A stretch of DNA of 64,000 nucleotides from Ferroacidibacillus organovorans. Lineage in GTDB: Bacteria; Bacillota; Bacilli; Alicyclobacillales; SLC66. Positions 28,296 to 38,335 of the stretch are shown here, piece after piece (the stretch's first letter is position 1; every line of letters begins with the position of its first letter). The position numbers and the translations under genes were made by a program. Under the pieces are notes generated by a model. It searched no databases and was not told the origin of the DNA. It saw only the letters and a list, made by a program, of their open reading frames with translations. The stretch is taken from assembly GCF_001642725.1 (NCBI RefSeq), contig NZ_LSUQ01000005.1:1-64000 (forward strand), given 5' to 3'.

Positions 28296-30142
28296 TGCGA
28301 CGCAGGCTTGTGATGCAAAATGAGACCGCCAAGCCTGCCGTGCGCCGTTTCCCATTTTTTTCAAGCGTGCGCTGGAAATTGCTCGTCGTGTATCTGCTTT
28401 TGATTCTTTTTGCCATGCAGTTGATTGGCGCCTATTTTGTGCAGTCGCTGCACCACTATTTTGTGGATGCGTTTGAACGTTCGATTTCTCAAGAAGCTAC
28501 CTTTTTATCGAGCACACTCCAACCTACGCTCGGCGCAAATCGGCCGCTTGGTTTCTACAGTCGCGACCTCGTACACGCGATTGCCCACATCTCAAATGCC
28601 ACCATCTATGTTCTCGACAAGGATGGCAATGTTCTGGCGACGTCTGGCAATCCGTATCTGGTTGGACTCAAACGCGTGGACCCTGAAGTGACCAGCGCGT
28701 TGCTTGGCTTACAGGATACGCAAATTGCGCTCGATCCATCCACATCGCAACGGCAACTCTACTTTTCTCAACCCCTCCACTTTCACGGTCAGATCGTCGG
28801 CGCTGTCGAATTTGTCGCACCGATGCAATCGGTTGATCATTCCATCTCGATTATCACGTTGCTGTTTGCCACAGGCACTCTACTCGCTTTGGCGCTCACT
28901 GCGTTTTTGGCGGTGATCATTGCGCAAACGATCACGGGCCCTATCTCGGCGATCACGCAACGCACGCGTGAATTGGCGGCAGGAAATTTTGACTCAACAG
29001 TGCAAGTTCGCTCCAATGATGAAATTGGTGAACTCGCATCGACGTTTAATATGTTGACGCGCAGGCTACAGCAGTCGATCGCCAATACCGAGCAGGAAAA
29101 GGGACGTTTGCAAGCCGTGATGTCGAACATGAGTGAAGGCGTGATTGCCGTTGATCGAAAGTTTCGGGTGCTGTTACTGAACCCTGCAGCAGGCAGGCTT
29201 TTGGGACGGGCTCCTGAACAATTGGTGGGAGAATTTATCACGTCTCACCTCGATGTGGACGGTGATCGCACGGAACCGATGATTATCGATTTATTGGGAC
29301 GTTTTGTGGAGGTTTCGCTGACAGCGCTTCAGCGAAGGTCAAGCCGCACGGAATCGGTAGAGATGCGAGAAGACTTTGGCGGTTATCTGATCGTGCTTCG
29401 CGACGTCACGGCGGAGACGCGTCTAGAAGAGTCCCGCAAGCGGTTTGTCGCTGACGTTTCCCACGAACTCCGCACGCCGATTACGTCGCTGAAGAGTTAT
29501 TTGGAGGCGTTATTAGAAGGAGCGCGCGAAGACCCTGTGACCGAGGATAAATTTCTTCGCGTAATGGAAAGAGAGACGGATCGCATGGCCCGGTTGATAC
29601 GGGATCTGCTCCAACTCTCGCGCTTTGACAGTGGTTACGAAGCACTCCACTGTGAGCCTGTTCCTGTAGAAGTATTGCTCCATCGCGTGACAGAGCGCTT
29701 CTCGCTACTCGCGTTTCAGTCAAATATTCAATTCATCACGAAGTTGAGCGACACGGGTGTGTGGATTCAGATTGATCGCGATCGCATTGAACAGGCGATC
29801 GACAACATCATTTCTAATGCGCTGAAGTACACGCCATCAGGAGGCAAGATCACAGTTGATGCGCGCATGGATGAGTCGAAAGAGTGGGTAATGCTCACCA
29901 TCTCAGACACAGGGTCGGGAATCGATCCGCGAGAGTTGCCACACATTTTTGAGCGGTTTTATCGCGTCGATCTCTCGCGGGCGCGCCAGTTGGGCGGAAG
30001 TGGATTGGGACTGTCGATTGCAAAAGAAATCATCGAGGCGCATGGAGGAACGATTCGTGCAACAAGTGCACGGAATGAAGGAACAGCCTTTGTGATTGGA
30101 CTTCCGGTTTGTGAAGGGGAGATCGAGGATGAGCATGCGTAA
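28292..30142 (+). CDS. walK: Sensor histidine kinase WalK (YycG)
   Basis: 'LLILFAMQLIGAYF', HAMP, PAS, 'VSHELRTP', 'GGSGLGLSIAKEI'. Confidence 0.92.
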   Translation: MMRRRLVMQNETAKPAVRRFPFFSSVRWKLLVVYLLLILFAMQLIGAYFVQSLHHYFVDAFERSISQEATFLSSTLQPTLGANRPLGFYSRDLVHAIAHISNATIYVLDKDGNVLATSGNPYLVGLKRVDPEVTSALLGLQDTQIALDPSTSQRQLYFSQPLHFHGQIVGAVEFVAPMQSVDHSISIITLLFATGTLLALALTAFLAVIIAQTITGPISAITQRTRELAAGNFDSTVQVRSNDEIGELASTFNMLTRRLQQSIANTEQEKGRLQAVMSNMSEGVIAVDRKFRVLLLNPAAGRLLGRAPEQLVGEFITSHLDVDGDRTEPMIIDLLGRFVEVSLTALQRRSSRTESVEMREDFGGYLIVLRDVTAETRLEESRKRFVADVSHELRTPITSLKSYLEALLEGAREDPVTEDKFLRVMERETDRMARLIRDLLQLSRFDSGYEALHCEPVPVEVLLHRVTERFSLLAFQSNIQFITKLSDTGVWIQIDRDRIEQAIDNIISNALKYTPSGGKITVDARMDESKEWVMLTISDTGSGIDPRELPHIFERFYRVDLSRARQLGGSGLGLSIAKEIIEAHGGTIRATSARNEGTAFVIGLPVCEGEIEDEHA

Positions 30143-31475
30143 GCGATTCAACGTCTCTCCTGCACGCCGCTTCTGGCACTTTATCTCGACACCTCTTTTA
30201 ATCCTTGCGGTTCTCGCGAGCATCCTCTTTACATTTCTCATATGGTTTGGTTCACCGATTCCTGTTCAGAGTGCGCGCAACGGTTTTTACACAAGCCCGA
30301 AACTGGGGGCGCCAAGCACCTTGACGCGTTTGTTTTTGCCCCACCAAGTGTGGCTTTGGACGGGCCATCAGCAATTGTATTCGTATCCTGTACAAAGCAG
30401 TTTTGTGTCAAAACTTTTGTCTGCGTTGCACGGCGCAACTACAGTTACCGTCACACCAGCGAAAACGGCAAAAGCGCGCGGGGGGGAGAGTTATCTTGAA
30501 CTTGATTACGCCACGTATGGTGAGGTAGGCTCCCCGATTCAGGAATTGTTTCCTTCTTTGACGCAGGCGCTGTCTGTTCGAAATGTGTACATAAAGCCAG
30601 GCGCCAAGCGTGACACGGTGAATCTCGTCGTGGTTGACCAGCAAGGCGCTGTATTTAATATGCGCGCGTCAGGGGTTCGACTAAACGGCCTATCGCTTAC
30701 AGAACCGGACGCATCCGCTGTCCCTTACGCCCAGATTCCGATCAATGGGCGAGAGCTTCGCCTTCCTTACACCAATTCGGTCATGCCGATTGAAATCTGG
30801 TCACTCAAACAGCAGGATATTAGCGGGGTCATCGATTCCTACTTTGCAGACCCTAGCGCCGTGATTCCGATCGTCGACAGTATTCATAAAACGCTTTACA
30901 CCGATGGACTGCGTGCAGTGTGGTTATCGTCGGCAAGTTTTGGACCCACAATCGCATATCGCAATCCGCAAACGGGGAATGTGATACCTCGTACAGGGCA
31001 CTCGCCGCTCGACACCGCCGTTCAGTTTATCAATGACCACGGTGGCTTCCTCAGCAATCAAACATCTCAGGGAATTTCCGCCATCAAACGCTCGCCGGAC
31101 ATGACGGAGATCATCTTTTCACTCTCGGAAGACGGGTTTCCTGTGTTTGGTCAGTTTGGATCTATGCAGTGCATCGTAAACAATGGGTGGGTGGTGACAT
31201 TTCGGCGCGCACTCGTTGAGCCTTCCATCCTTGAGGAAACACAACCGCTGCACATTCTTTCTGGCGTTCAACTCATTAGCCGCCTCAGTCCGCGTGAACT
31301 CAACAAGATTCGCAGCATCAAACTCGGGTATGGAACGACGCTTTTTAGTTCAGCTGCGATAGAGTTTTTCCCTGTGTACCAGATTACATTTACATCTGGA
31401 ACAATTTATGTCAAAGCGACAGATGGACAGGTCTTTCACGGAACGGGGATGACTTCATGGACTTCGGTCGAGTAA
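30129..31475 (+). CDS. walH: WalH (YycH) regulatory protein
   Basis: Single N-terminal TM, large extracellular domain; position between walK and walI. Confidence 0.7.
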   Translation: MSMRKRFNVSPARRFWHFISTPLLILAVLASILFTFLIWFGSPIPVQSARNGFYTSPKLGAPSTLTRLFLPHQVWLWTGHQQLYSYPVQSSFVSKLLSALHGATTVTVTPAKTAKARGGESYLELDYATYGEVGSPIQELFPSLTQALSVRNVYIKPGAKRDTVNLVVVDQQGAVFNMRASGVRLNGLSLTEPDASAVPYAQIPINGRELRLPYTNSVMPIEIWSLKQQDISGVIDSYFADPSAVIPIVDSIHKTLYTDGLRAVWLSSASFGPTIAYRNPQTGNVIPRTGHSPLDTAVQFINDHGGFLSNQTSQGISAIKRSPDMTEIIFSLSEDGFPVFGQFGSMQCIVNNGWVVTFRRALVEPSILEETQPLHILSGVQLISRLSPRELNKIRSIKLGYGTTLFSSAAIEFFPVYQITFTSGTIYVKATDGQVFHGTGMTSWTSVE

Positions 31476-32311
31476 AAGCCATTCTCACGGTCGTCTTTCT
31501 TCTCCTCAATGCTTTTCTCATCCCGCAATGGCTGTATCAACAAATGGACGTGGGAGTGTATGCACAGCAATATGCCGATCAACTCGCGAGCATTCGCGCA
31601 GATCTCGCGCAACACAACGTTCAGCTACACGCGGTGGTTCCTTTGACGGATCCGCAGATGTCACAGTTGCGCGTGATTCCTGATCACACCAGTGTTTCTG
31701 TGCTCGCTCAGTCGATTTTTGGGGTTCATGATCACATTCGAACGCTAAAGAGCGGAGTGATATCGGGAACAGGAGGAAAGCTGCAAATGATGAGCGCCGG
31801 ACTTTTTCGCGTAACGTTTAAGCCGCCTCAGGGGATTGAACAGGGTTTTCTAAAAGGGGATTTGGCGAAACGCGTCAAAAGTATTATTGACAAACACGGC
31901 TACAATACGGGAGATTACCAGTTGCTTCGCGTTGAGGGCGGAAAGGTGCAACATAATCTGCTTTTTGCGCAGATGTTTGGAGGCTATCCTGATTTCTCGA
32001 ATTTGTTGAGAGCGCAGGTGGATCGCACTGCGTTGACAGATTACCTACAATCCATGGTAGATGTCCAGCAAACGTATCCGCCACGTACGGTGATGAGTGC
32101 GCTCAGTGCACTTTTGTCGATGGTCTCGTACATGGACAAGATGAATTATCACGAGGATAATAGCATTATCGACATGCGTCTGGGATATGTGAGTTTTATT
32201 ACGTCGAATCAAGGGTATGTTTTGGCGCCTGTTTGGCGCATTGCCACGTTGAAACAGGTATTTTATGTTCACGCGTTTTCGGGTGAAGTCGGGGTGGGAA
32301 ACATTTCATGA
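31457..32311 (+). CDS. walI: WalI (YycI) regulatory protein
   Basis: 'MDF.R.K.IL..VFLLLN.FL', 'LGY', 'PVWRI', 'YVHAFSG'. Confidence 0.85.
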   Translation: MDFGRVKAILTVVFLLLNAFLIPQWLYQQMDVGVYAQQYADQLASIRADLAQHNVQLHAVVPLTDPQMSQLRVIPDHTSVSVLAQSIFGVHDHIRTLKSGVISGTGGKLQMMSAGLFRVTFKPPQGIEQGFLKGDLAKRVKSIIDKHGYNTGDYQLLRVEGGKVQHNLLFAQMFGGYPDFSNLLRAQVDRTALTDYLQSMVDVQQTYPPRTVMSALSALLSMVSYMDKMNYHEDNSIIDMRLGYVSFITSNQGYVLAPVWRIATLKQVFYVHAFSGEVGVGNIS

Positions 32312-33105
32312 GATGTAGTGTATTGGCGAGTGGAAGTACTGGAAATGCTATTTATGTTGAAACAGATCATACGAGAATTCTCTTGGATGCGGGAATTGGC
32401 TTGCGCCAATTACAGCAAGCCTTTGCAGCGATCGAGGTTGACCCGGCAACGCTTGATGCGATTTTGGTCACGCATGAACACTCCGATCACATCAAGGGGT
32501 TGGCAGCGCTACTTCGGAAATACGATACGCCGATTTATACATCTGACGGAACATGGGCTCACATTGCTCGCCTGTTTTCGGAAAAGCAGGAGGTGAAGCC
32601 GCGCAGCATCAAGGCGGGGATACCCTTTTCACTCGGAGAATTTGTGATTGAACCATTTGCACTGCCTCACGACGCGGAAGAACCTCTGGGGTTTTGTGTG
32701 TATGCACAAGGAGAAAAATTGGTTCTGGCCACGGATCTTGGCTATGCGAGTGAACGGATATGCACGGTCGCGCGTGGCGCGCACACCCTCATTCTCGAAT
32801 CGAACCACGATATCGATATGCTGCGAACGGGCACCTATCCGTGGCATCTAAAGCGACGAATCCTCGGCGATAAGGGGCATCTCTCTAATGCGGCCGCTGG
32901 GGAATGCCTGCTTGACATTGTCACGGAGGATACACAGACGGTCTATTTAGCGCATCTCAGTCAAGAAAACAATCGTCCTGAAATCGCGAAAGAAACGGTT
33001 GCGACGATGCTCTCGCGCGACGTCTCGCGCACGGAGGCGATTGTGCTGCGCTCGACGAGTCCGACTGCACCAACCGCGCTGGCACCTGTGTGCGTTGCGC
33101 GATGA
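32308..33105 (+). CDS. walJ: Metallo-beta-lactamase fold hydrolase WalJ (YycJ)
   Basis: 'LASGSTGN', THEHSDH, 'ESNHD', 'GHLSN', 'LAHLS.ENN'. Confidence 0.93.
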   Translation: MRCSVLASGSTGNAIYVETDHTRILLDAGIGLRQLQQAFAAIEVDPATLDAILVTHEHSDHIKGLAALLRKYDTPIYTSDGTWAHIARLFSEKQEVKPRSIKAGIPFSLGEFVIEPFALPHDAEEPLGFCVYAQGEKLVLATDLGYASERICTVARGAHTLILESNHDIDMLRTGTYPWHLKRRILGDKGHLSNAAAGECLLDIVTEDTQTVYLAHLSQENNRPEIAKETVATMLSRDVSRTEAIVLRSTSPTAPTALAPVCVAR

Positions 33106-33200
33106 GGCGTTCGCTACATGGGGTGTGGGCGATCGCTTGTTTGTATGTGCGTGACTTTTTATAATTTATGGAGCGAAACGGCTGTAAAGGAGGTTAAGCC

Positions 33201-34502
33201 ATGGGCTATTACGATGACGGTGAGTTTCGCAGTGAGCGGAGGGCGCGGTCTGGCGCTGGAAAGTGGGTTGCAGTTGTAGTCGTTTCGGCGTTGATCGGGT
33301 CGGGATCGACGCTTGCGGTGGGCGACTATCTCCTCAACAATTCGGGTGCGCTGGCTGCTGCGACCGATGCTAATTTACAACCGGTCTCAGCGCGTGCGGC
33401 TCAGACGATCTCGGTCAATGTAAATGATGGAATTGTCACCGCTGTACGCAAAGTCACGCCCGCGGTCGTCGGTGTGATCAACATGCAATATGCGCCGAAT
33501 GCGGCGGGAACTGCAAATGTTCTTCAAGAGGCGGGTGTTGGTTCGGGCGTCATTTTTGACCTGCACGGATACATTGTCACCAACAATCACGTTGTTGAAG
33601 GCGCGACGAAGGTCGAAGTGGTGTTACACGACGGGCGGCACGTCTATGCGACGGTCGTCGGTACGGATCCATATACAGATCTCGCGGTTTTAAAGATTCC
33701 CGGGAGTGATATCAAGCCGCGCAATGTCGCTGTTTTTGGCAACTCGGCGCTGCTTGAGCCAGGGGATCCTGCCATTGCGATCGGGAATCCGGCTGGACTT
33801 GATTTTAGTGACAGTGTGACAGTTGGCGTGATTAGCGCGACGCAGCGCACGATGCCTGTTCAGGATGAGGCGACAGGTCAGGTGATTGGCGAGGAGACGG
33901 TGCTGCAGACGGATGCGGCGATCAACCCGGGTAATTCTGGCGGTCCTCTTTGTAACATTGATGGGCAGATCATTGGGATTAACAGTTCAAAGATTGTCGC
34001 CAAGGGATTTGAGGGGATGGGCTTCTCTATCCCGATCAATGAGGTGCGAACGATTGCGACGGAGATTGTTCAGACGGGGCATGCATCCCACCCGGCGCTC
34101 GGCATCGAAGGAGAGTCACTCGCTGCCGTGCCGCAAGAGTATCAGCCGAATGTTCCTGTGAATTATGGGGTTTGGGTATACAAGGTTGACAGCAACTCGG
34201 CGAAGGCTTCTGGCATTGAGCACGGCGACGTCATCGTTGGGATCAATCAGTATAAAATTACTGGGTTCTCTGATTTGCGCGCAGTCCTTTGGGATCACTT
34301 CAAAGCGGGGGATAAGGTTCAGGTTACGTATTATCGCGGTCAGCAAAAGTATACCTCACCGCTTGTGTTAGGCCAACTGCCACCATATCAGCCACCAACG
34401 GCGTCAAGCAGTATTGGCGGGGGATCGTTTGTGATCCCCAATCCATTCTCAGGTGGCGGCGGGAGTGGAAGCGGCAGCGGCAGTGGATTCTCGTTCCCGT
34501 AA
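33201..34502 (+). CDS. htrA: HtrA-like serine protease with PDZ domain (YyxA/HtrC position)
   Basis: TM anchor, TNNHVV, TDLAVL, QTDAAINPGNSGGPL, PDZ. Confidence 0.93.
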   Translation: MGYYDDGEFRSERRARSGAGKWVAVVVVSALIGSGSTLAVGDYLLNNSGALAAATDANLQPVSARAAQTISVNVNDGIVTAVRKVTPAVVGVINMQYAPNAAGTANVLQEAGVGSGVIFDLHGYIVTNNHVVEGATKVEVVLHDGRHVYATVVGTDPYTDLAVLKIPGSDIKPRNVAVFGNSALLEPGDPAIAIGNPAGLDFSDSVTVGVISATQRTMPVQDEATGQVIGEETVLQTDAAINPGNSGGPLCNIDGQIIGINSSKIVAKGFEGMGFSIPINEVRTIATEIVQTGHASHPALGIEGESLAAVPQEYQPNVPVNYGVWVYKVDSNSAKASGIEHGDVIVGINQYKITGFSDLRAVLWDHFKAGDKVQVTYYRGQQKYTSPLVLGQLPPYQPPTASSSIGGGSFVIPNPFSGGGGSGSGSGSGFSFP

Positions 34503-34575
34503 AGCACTCTCCTGGATTGCACCTCAAGCCTTGAATTCAATGTGGGCATGATGGGATGGAGAGGGGATCACTCGC

Positions 34576-35040
34576 ATGCAGATCGTGATCGTGGCTGTCG
34601 GTAAGGTGAAAGAGCGTTACTGGCGGGATGCCGAGGCTGAGTATCGAAAGCGTTTGTCCCCTTACGCGACGGTTCAAGTCGTCGAGGTTGCGGACGAGGC
34701 GGATGGAAAAGACATGAATCGGGTGCTTGACGAGGAAGGTGCACGGATTCTCTCACAACTGCGCGAACGCGACTATGTGGTCGCGCTCGCCATTGACGGT
34801 GAAGTGGTTACGTCGCCTCAACTGGCGGCTCGATTGGAGCGTATGAGCGCGCGCGGATCGGGTCGCTATGTGTTTATCATTGGTGGATCCAATGGTCTCT
34901 CCCCCGCTGTGTTGCAGCGGTCGGATTGGCATTTGAGTTTCTCGGCGTTAACGTTTCCTCACCAGATGATGCGGACGATGCTGCTGGAGCAGATCTATCG
35001 CGCGTTTCGAATTAAGCAGGGTGCGTCGTACCACAAGTGA
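34576..35040 (+). CDS. rlmH: 23S rRNA (pseudouridine1915-N3)-methyltransferase
   Basis: 'VGK.KE', 'FIIGGSNG', 'TFPHQM.R..LLEQIYRAF.I..G..YHK'. Confidence 0.96.
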   Translation: MQIVIVAVGKVKERYWRDAEAEYRKRLSPYATVQVVEVADEADGKDMNRVLDEEGARILSQLRERDYVVALAIDGEVVTSPQLAARLERMSARGSGRYVFIIGGSNGLSPAVLQRSDWHLSFSALTFPHQMMRTMLLEQIYRAFRIKQGASYHK

Positions 35041-35062
35041 TTCACGGCGCCCGCAGTTAGGT

Positions 35063-36016
35063 TCAAGCGTTCGTAGCTTCTACGTCAGCCAGAAACTCCC
35101 TTAAGACGCGCGCGAATTCCTCTGGTTCCTCCTGGATGGTCATGTGTGCACTGTGTTCAAAAACGTGAAAACGCGCTCCGGCTACCAAGCTGGCGTAATA
35201 GGCTGTGGTCTCAGGTGTGGCTTCGTCATACCTTCCACATGTGAAAAGACTCGGTAGCGTCAACTCGCCCATGCGCCCTGTCACGTCGAAGGTTTTCAAT
35301 GTCCCTGTCACCGTAAACTCAGACGCGCCCCACATCGTTTCATAGACTTGGTGATTGGTGACGGCAAATGCGTCAAGAATCTTTTGCGGCCACGGGTCGA
35401 GCCGACAAACGTGGCGTCGATAAAACAGCATCATTGCTTCTTGATACGCTTCTGTGTCGGTTGATCCGTCACGCTCGCAGCGTTCGATCACATCCTGAAC
35501 ACGTTGAGGAAATGCCTTTAGGTATGCGCGTTGATCGCGTTCCCACATCGGTGCGCTGAGTGCTGGACTCGAAAAGGTGACGCTGTGAACACCCACCGGT
35601 TTTGTGGGCATCGCGAGTGTGCTTTCGCTGTGCTCGCGATCCGCTTTGCCATCGACCAAGCTGCCACTTGCAAAGCCCAGGAGATACGCTGCTGCGAGCA
35701 TGGTGCCCCACGAGTGGCCGAGAAGATGCACCTCATCGAGGCCGAGCGCTGACCTTACTTGTCCGAGTTCTTCAACGAAGCGCTCCACCTTCCAAAGGGA
35801 GGGATCGGTCGGACGGTCCGACTTGCCACTCCCCAGCTGATCATAGTGAATGACGGCGCGGCTATCGCCTAATGTTTGAATGATGTCTGACTCCATGGTC
35901 GAGCTTCCAGGACCGCCGTGCATTACGAGCAATGGGATTTTATTGCCGTCCCCAGTTTTTCGGTACCACACATTACCGCCTGTCACTGGAATGAATCCCT
36001 CGGTAATTTTTGTCAT
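35063..36016 (-). CDS. Proline iminopeptidase family alpha/beta hydrolase
   Basis: HGGPG, YDQLGSGKS, GHSWG, G.YDE.TP, 'S.HM'. Confidence 0.92.
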   Translation of the reverse strand: MTKITEGFIPVTGGNVWYRKTGDGNKIPLLVMHGGPGSSTMESDIIQTLGDSRAVIHYDQLGSGKSDRPTDPSLWKVERFVEELGQVRSALGLDEVHLLGHSWGTMLAAAYLLGFASGSLVDGKADREHSESTLAMPTKPVGVHSVTFSSPALSAPMWERDQRAYLKAFPQRVQDVIERCERDGSTDTEAYQEAMMLFYRRHVCRLDPWPQKILDAFAVTNHQVYETMWGASEFTVTGTLKTFDVTGRMGELTLPSLFTCGRYDEATPETTAYYASLVAGARFHVFEHSAHMTIQEEPEEFARVLREFLADVEATNA

Positions 36017-36029
36017 GAATTGAGCTCCT

Positions 36030-36614
36030 TTATTCGGTCAATTTCGGAAGGGTTAGAAGAATCGAGGACATCGTGAAACTCACACACGGAAGCCGCACGG
36101 AGTAAATCGGTTGATGCGCCTCATACACTGCGCAAAGGTGAAGTTGGCCATTTGTGTACTCATACTGCTCAACGGTTCCGTTCAATGAATCGACCAGCCA
36201 GTATTCTGGCACTTGATAGGCTTCGTAGGTCTTCCATTTCTCTTTGCGGTCTCGCTCAAAACTGCCTGGCGACAAGACTTCCACAATCAAATCGGGTACT
36301 CCAAAAATTCCCTTTACGTGAACGATTCCCATTCGCTCCCGGTGCACCATGACCAAGTCGGGTTGGCGCACGTCACGGCTTGAAAAGACCACGTCAACAG
36401 GACTCAGCACGATAAGATACTCTGCTTCGCATGTTTTTAATAATACATCCCTCATCGCAGAAACCACGAGTTGATGAAGTACGGAGGGGGTGGGGCTCAT
36501 CACATCAAGCTGTTGCCCAACGAGCTCGTACCGAAATCCGTCATCTGGCAATCCTGCGTATTCTTCATATGTCATAGGTTGATCATGAGCGCGTGAATTC
36601 TTCTGATCCTTCAA
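36030..36614 (-). CDS. Uma2 family endonuclease
   Basis: 'RYELV', 'P...HQ', 'QPDL', 'G.PDLIVEVLSP', 'EYWLVD'; TTG behind GGAGGA. Confidence 0.9.
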   Translation of the reverse strand: MKDQKNSRAHDQPMTYEEYAGLPDDGFRYELVGQQLDVMSPTPSVLHQLVVSAMRDVLLKTCEAEYLIVLSPVDVVFSSRDVRQPDLVMVHRERMGIVHVKGIFGVPDLIVEVLSPGSFERDRKEKWKTYEAYQVPEYWLVDSLNGTVEQYEYTNGQLHLCAVYEAHQPIYSVRLPCVSFTMSSILLTLPKLTE

Positions 36615-37018
36615 TAGGAATTCCTCCGACACACATCACGATATACTTATGCTAACAAAATTGGGATTGCAGTAAAACGGCTTTTTTGTATGACTTGCCT
36701 CATGGATGAGACTATTTCGTGCCGCACAGCACTCCCCTTTGACTTCTGTAGCTCATAAAGACTTCATTACTTTCAGTTGAATGCTAGAACTCTATATCGA
36801 TGACCCATCTCCAACAATACCATACTACACGCGTCCCACTTTACTTACGACAAATGTTAGCTGTTCATGGCAATGCGCATGGGCAGATTGCGATGTGAAT
36901 CGGGTTACGCCATGCTTCAGTTCGTCGTGATAGAATGCGGTAAGAACGGATGATCCGATCATCCGTTATCTCGAGGATATCGATCAAGAAAAGGATTTTC
37001 GAGAGGGTCAGGGGACAA

Positions 37019-37873
37019 ATGAAACGTGGAATCATGTTGCTTGTCACTGCCACCATTCTTTGGGGTGGCAATTACATCTGTGGGCGCTATTTGGCGCCTG
37101 CACTGCCGTCAAACTTGCTGAATACGGTTCGCTGGGCAATTTCCAGCCTGCTCCTTTTTGGCATGTTGTCCATGAATCACAAAAAGCTTCCGCTCTTCTC
37201 GCAGTGGAAAAAATTTGCCCTGCTCGGTTTTGTGGGGATTTTTGCGTTCTCTACGCTCACTTATCTGGGATTGCGCAGCATCAGCGCCGCACAGGCGGGA
37301 ATGATTTCGGCGGGGATTCCGATTGCCATTCTTCTATTTACGCCGCTCATTCTAAAAGAGCGTGTCAAAGCTAAGGCGTGGCTGGGGGCGCTTCTTTCCA
37401 TCATGGGGGTGGTGATCTTAATCCAAGGCGAGCACGCGGCAAACGGTCAATCGTCGATTGTCGGAGAGACGGAGATTGTCTTCTCCTGCATCGCGTGGGG
37501 GATCTATACGGTACTTGGGAAACGTTTTGGAAAGACGATGGATCCGCTGACCATGACCGCAGGCGCCGCCGTTTATGGAACGCTTTTCAGCGCACTGAGT
37601 TGCATCGGCACGGTGCGTCTGAACATGATTCACATGACGCCTTTGGCATGGCTCTCTGTCCTCTATGTGAGCACGTTTGCATCCGTGGGGGCATACCTCG
37701 CGTGGAACACGGGAGTGAAGATCGTGGGCGCAGGTCGCGCAGCGCCGTATATCAATTTGTTACCGGTTTGGACCGTAATTTTTGGCATTCTGTTGCTCCG
37801 CGAAACGGTGTCGATTCTGTCGATCGGCGGCGGCGTTGTCACCATTTTCGGTGCGGTTCTCGCCAGTCTGTAG
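37019..37873 (+). CDS. DMT/EamA family transporter
   Basis: Two EamA repeats, ~10 TM, 'LWGGN', 'LKER', 'YINL.PV', 'LRE'. Confidence 0.92.
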   Translation: MKRGIMLLVTATILWGGNYICGRYLAPALPSNLLNTVRWAISSLLLFGMLSMNHKKLPLFSQWKKFALLGFVGIFAFSTLTYLGLRSISAAQAGMISAGIPIAILLFTPLILKERVKAKAWLGALLSIMGVVILIQGEHAANGQSSIVGETEIVFSCIAWGIYTVLGKRFGKTMDPLTMTAGAAVYGTLFSALSCIGTVRLNMIHMTPLAWLSVLYVSTFASVGAYLAWNTGVKIVGAGRAAPYINLLPVWTVIFGILLLRETVSILSIGGGVVTIFGAVLASL

Positions 37874-37951
37874 GGTCTTGAACAACAAAATTAAAAGATC
37901 TTGCGCTATAATGTAAAGTGTTGGGAACGGAAGAAGGATGGTGAACGGATC

Positions 37952-38320
37952 GTGAAAAATGTAAGTCCTTATGTCATTGTCGAAGACGTGGCATCGTCGG
38001 TTGAATATTACCAAAAGATTTTTGGTGGAGATGTAAAAATCCTGAATAAACAAGACGGTGTCGTCATGCATGCGGAACTGCATCTGGGCGATAGTCTGAT
38101 TCATTTTTCGGCAACGTATGGCCGACAACCTGTGAGTGAGAATGTGAAACTGATTGTGCAATGCGAGAGTGAAGAAGAGATTCGAAATACATACGAAACG
38201 CTAAAGGCAGACGGAGAAGTCACGGTCGAGTTGCAGGATACGTTCTTTGGCGCGCTACACGGACAAGTGGTGGATCGCCGCAACCGAATTTGCTTTATTC
38301 TTAACTATTTTAAACGGTAA
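37952..38320 (+). CDS. VOC/glyoxalase (PhnB-like) protein
   Basis: 'PYVIV', 'EYY..IFGG', 'VMHAEL.LG', 'LQDTFFGA.HGQVVD'. Confidence 0.85.
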   Translation: MKNVSPYVIVEDVASSVEYYQKIFGGDVKILNKQDGVVMHAELHLGDSLIHFSATYGRQPVSENVKLIVQCESEEEIRNTYETLKADGEVTVELQDTFFGALHGQVVDRRNRICFILNYFKR

Positions 38321-38335
38321 GGAGAGAATCTTCTC

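Noticed and set aside
36030..36614. Uma2 nuclease as part of a defence or toxin-antitoxin system
   Set aside because: Stand-alone, no methylase or antitoxin partner; solitary Uma2 genes are common
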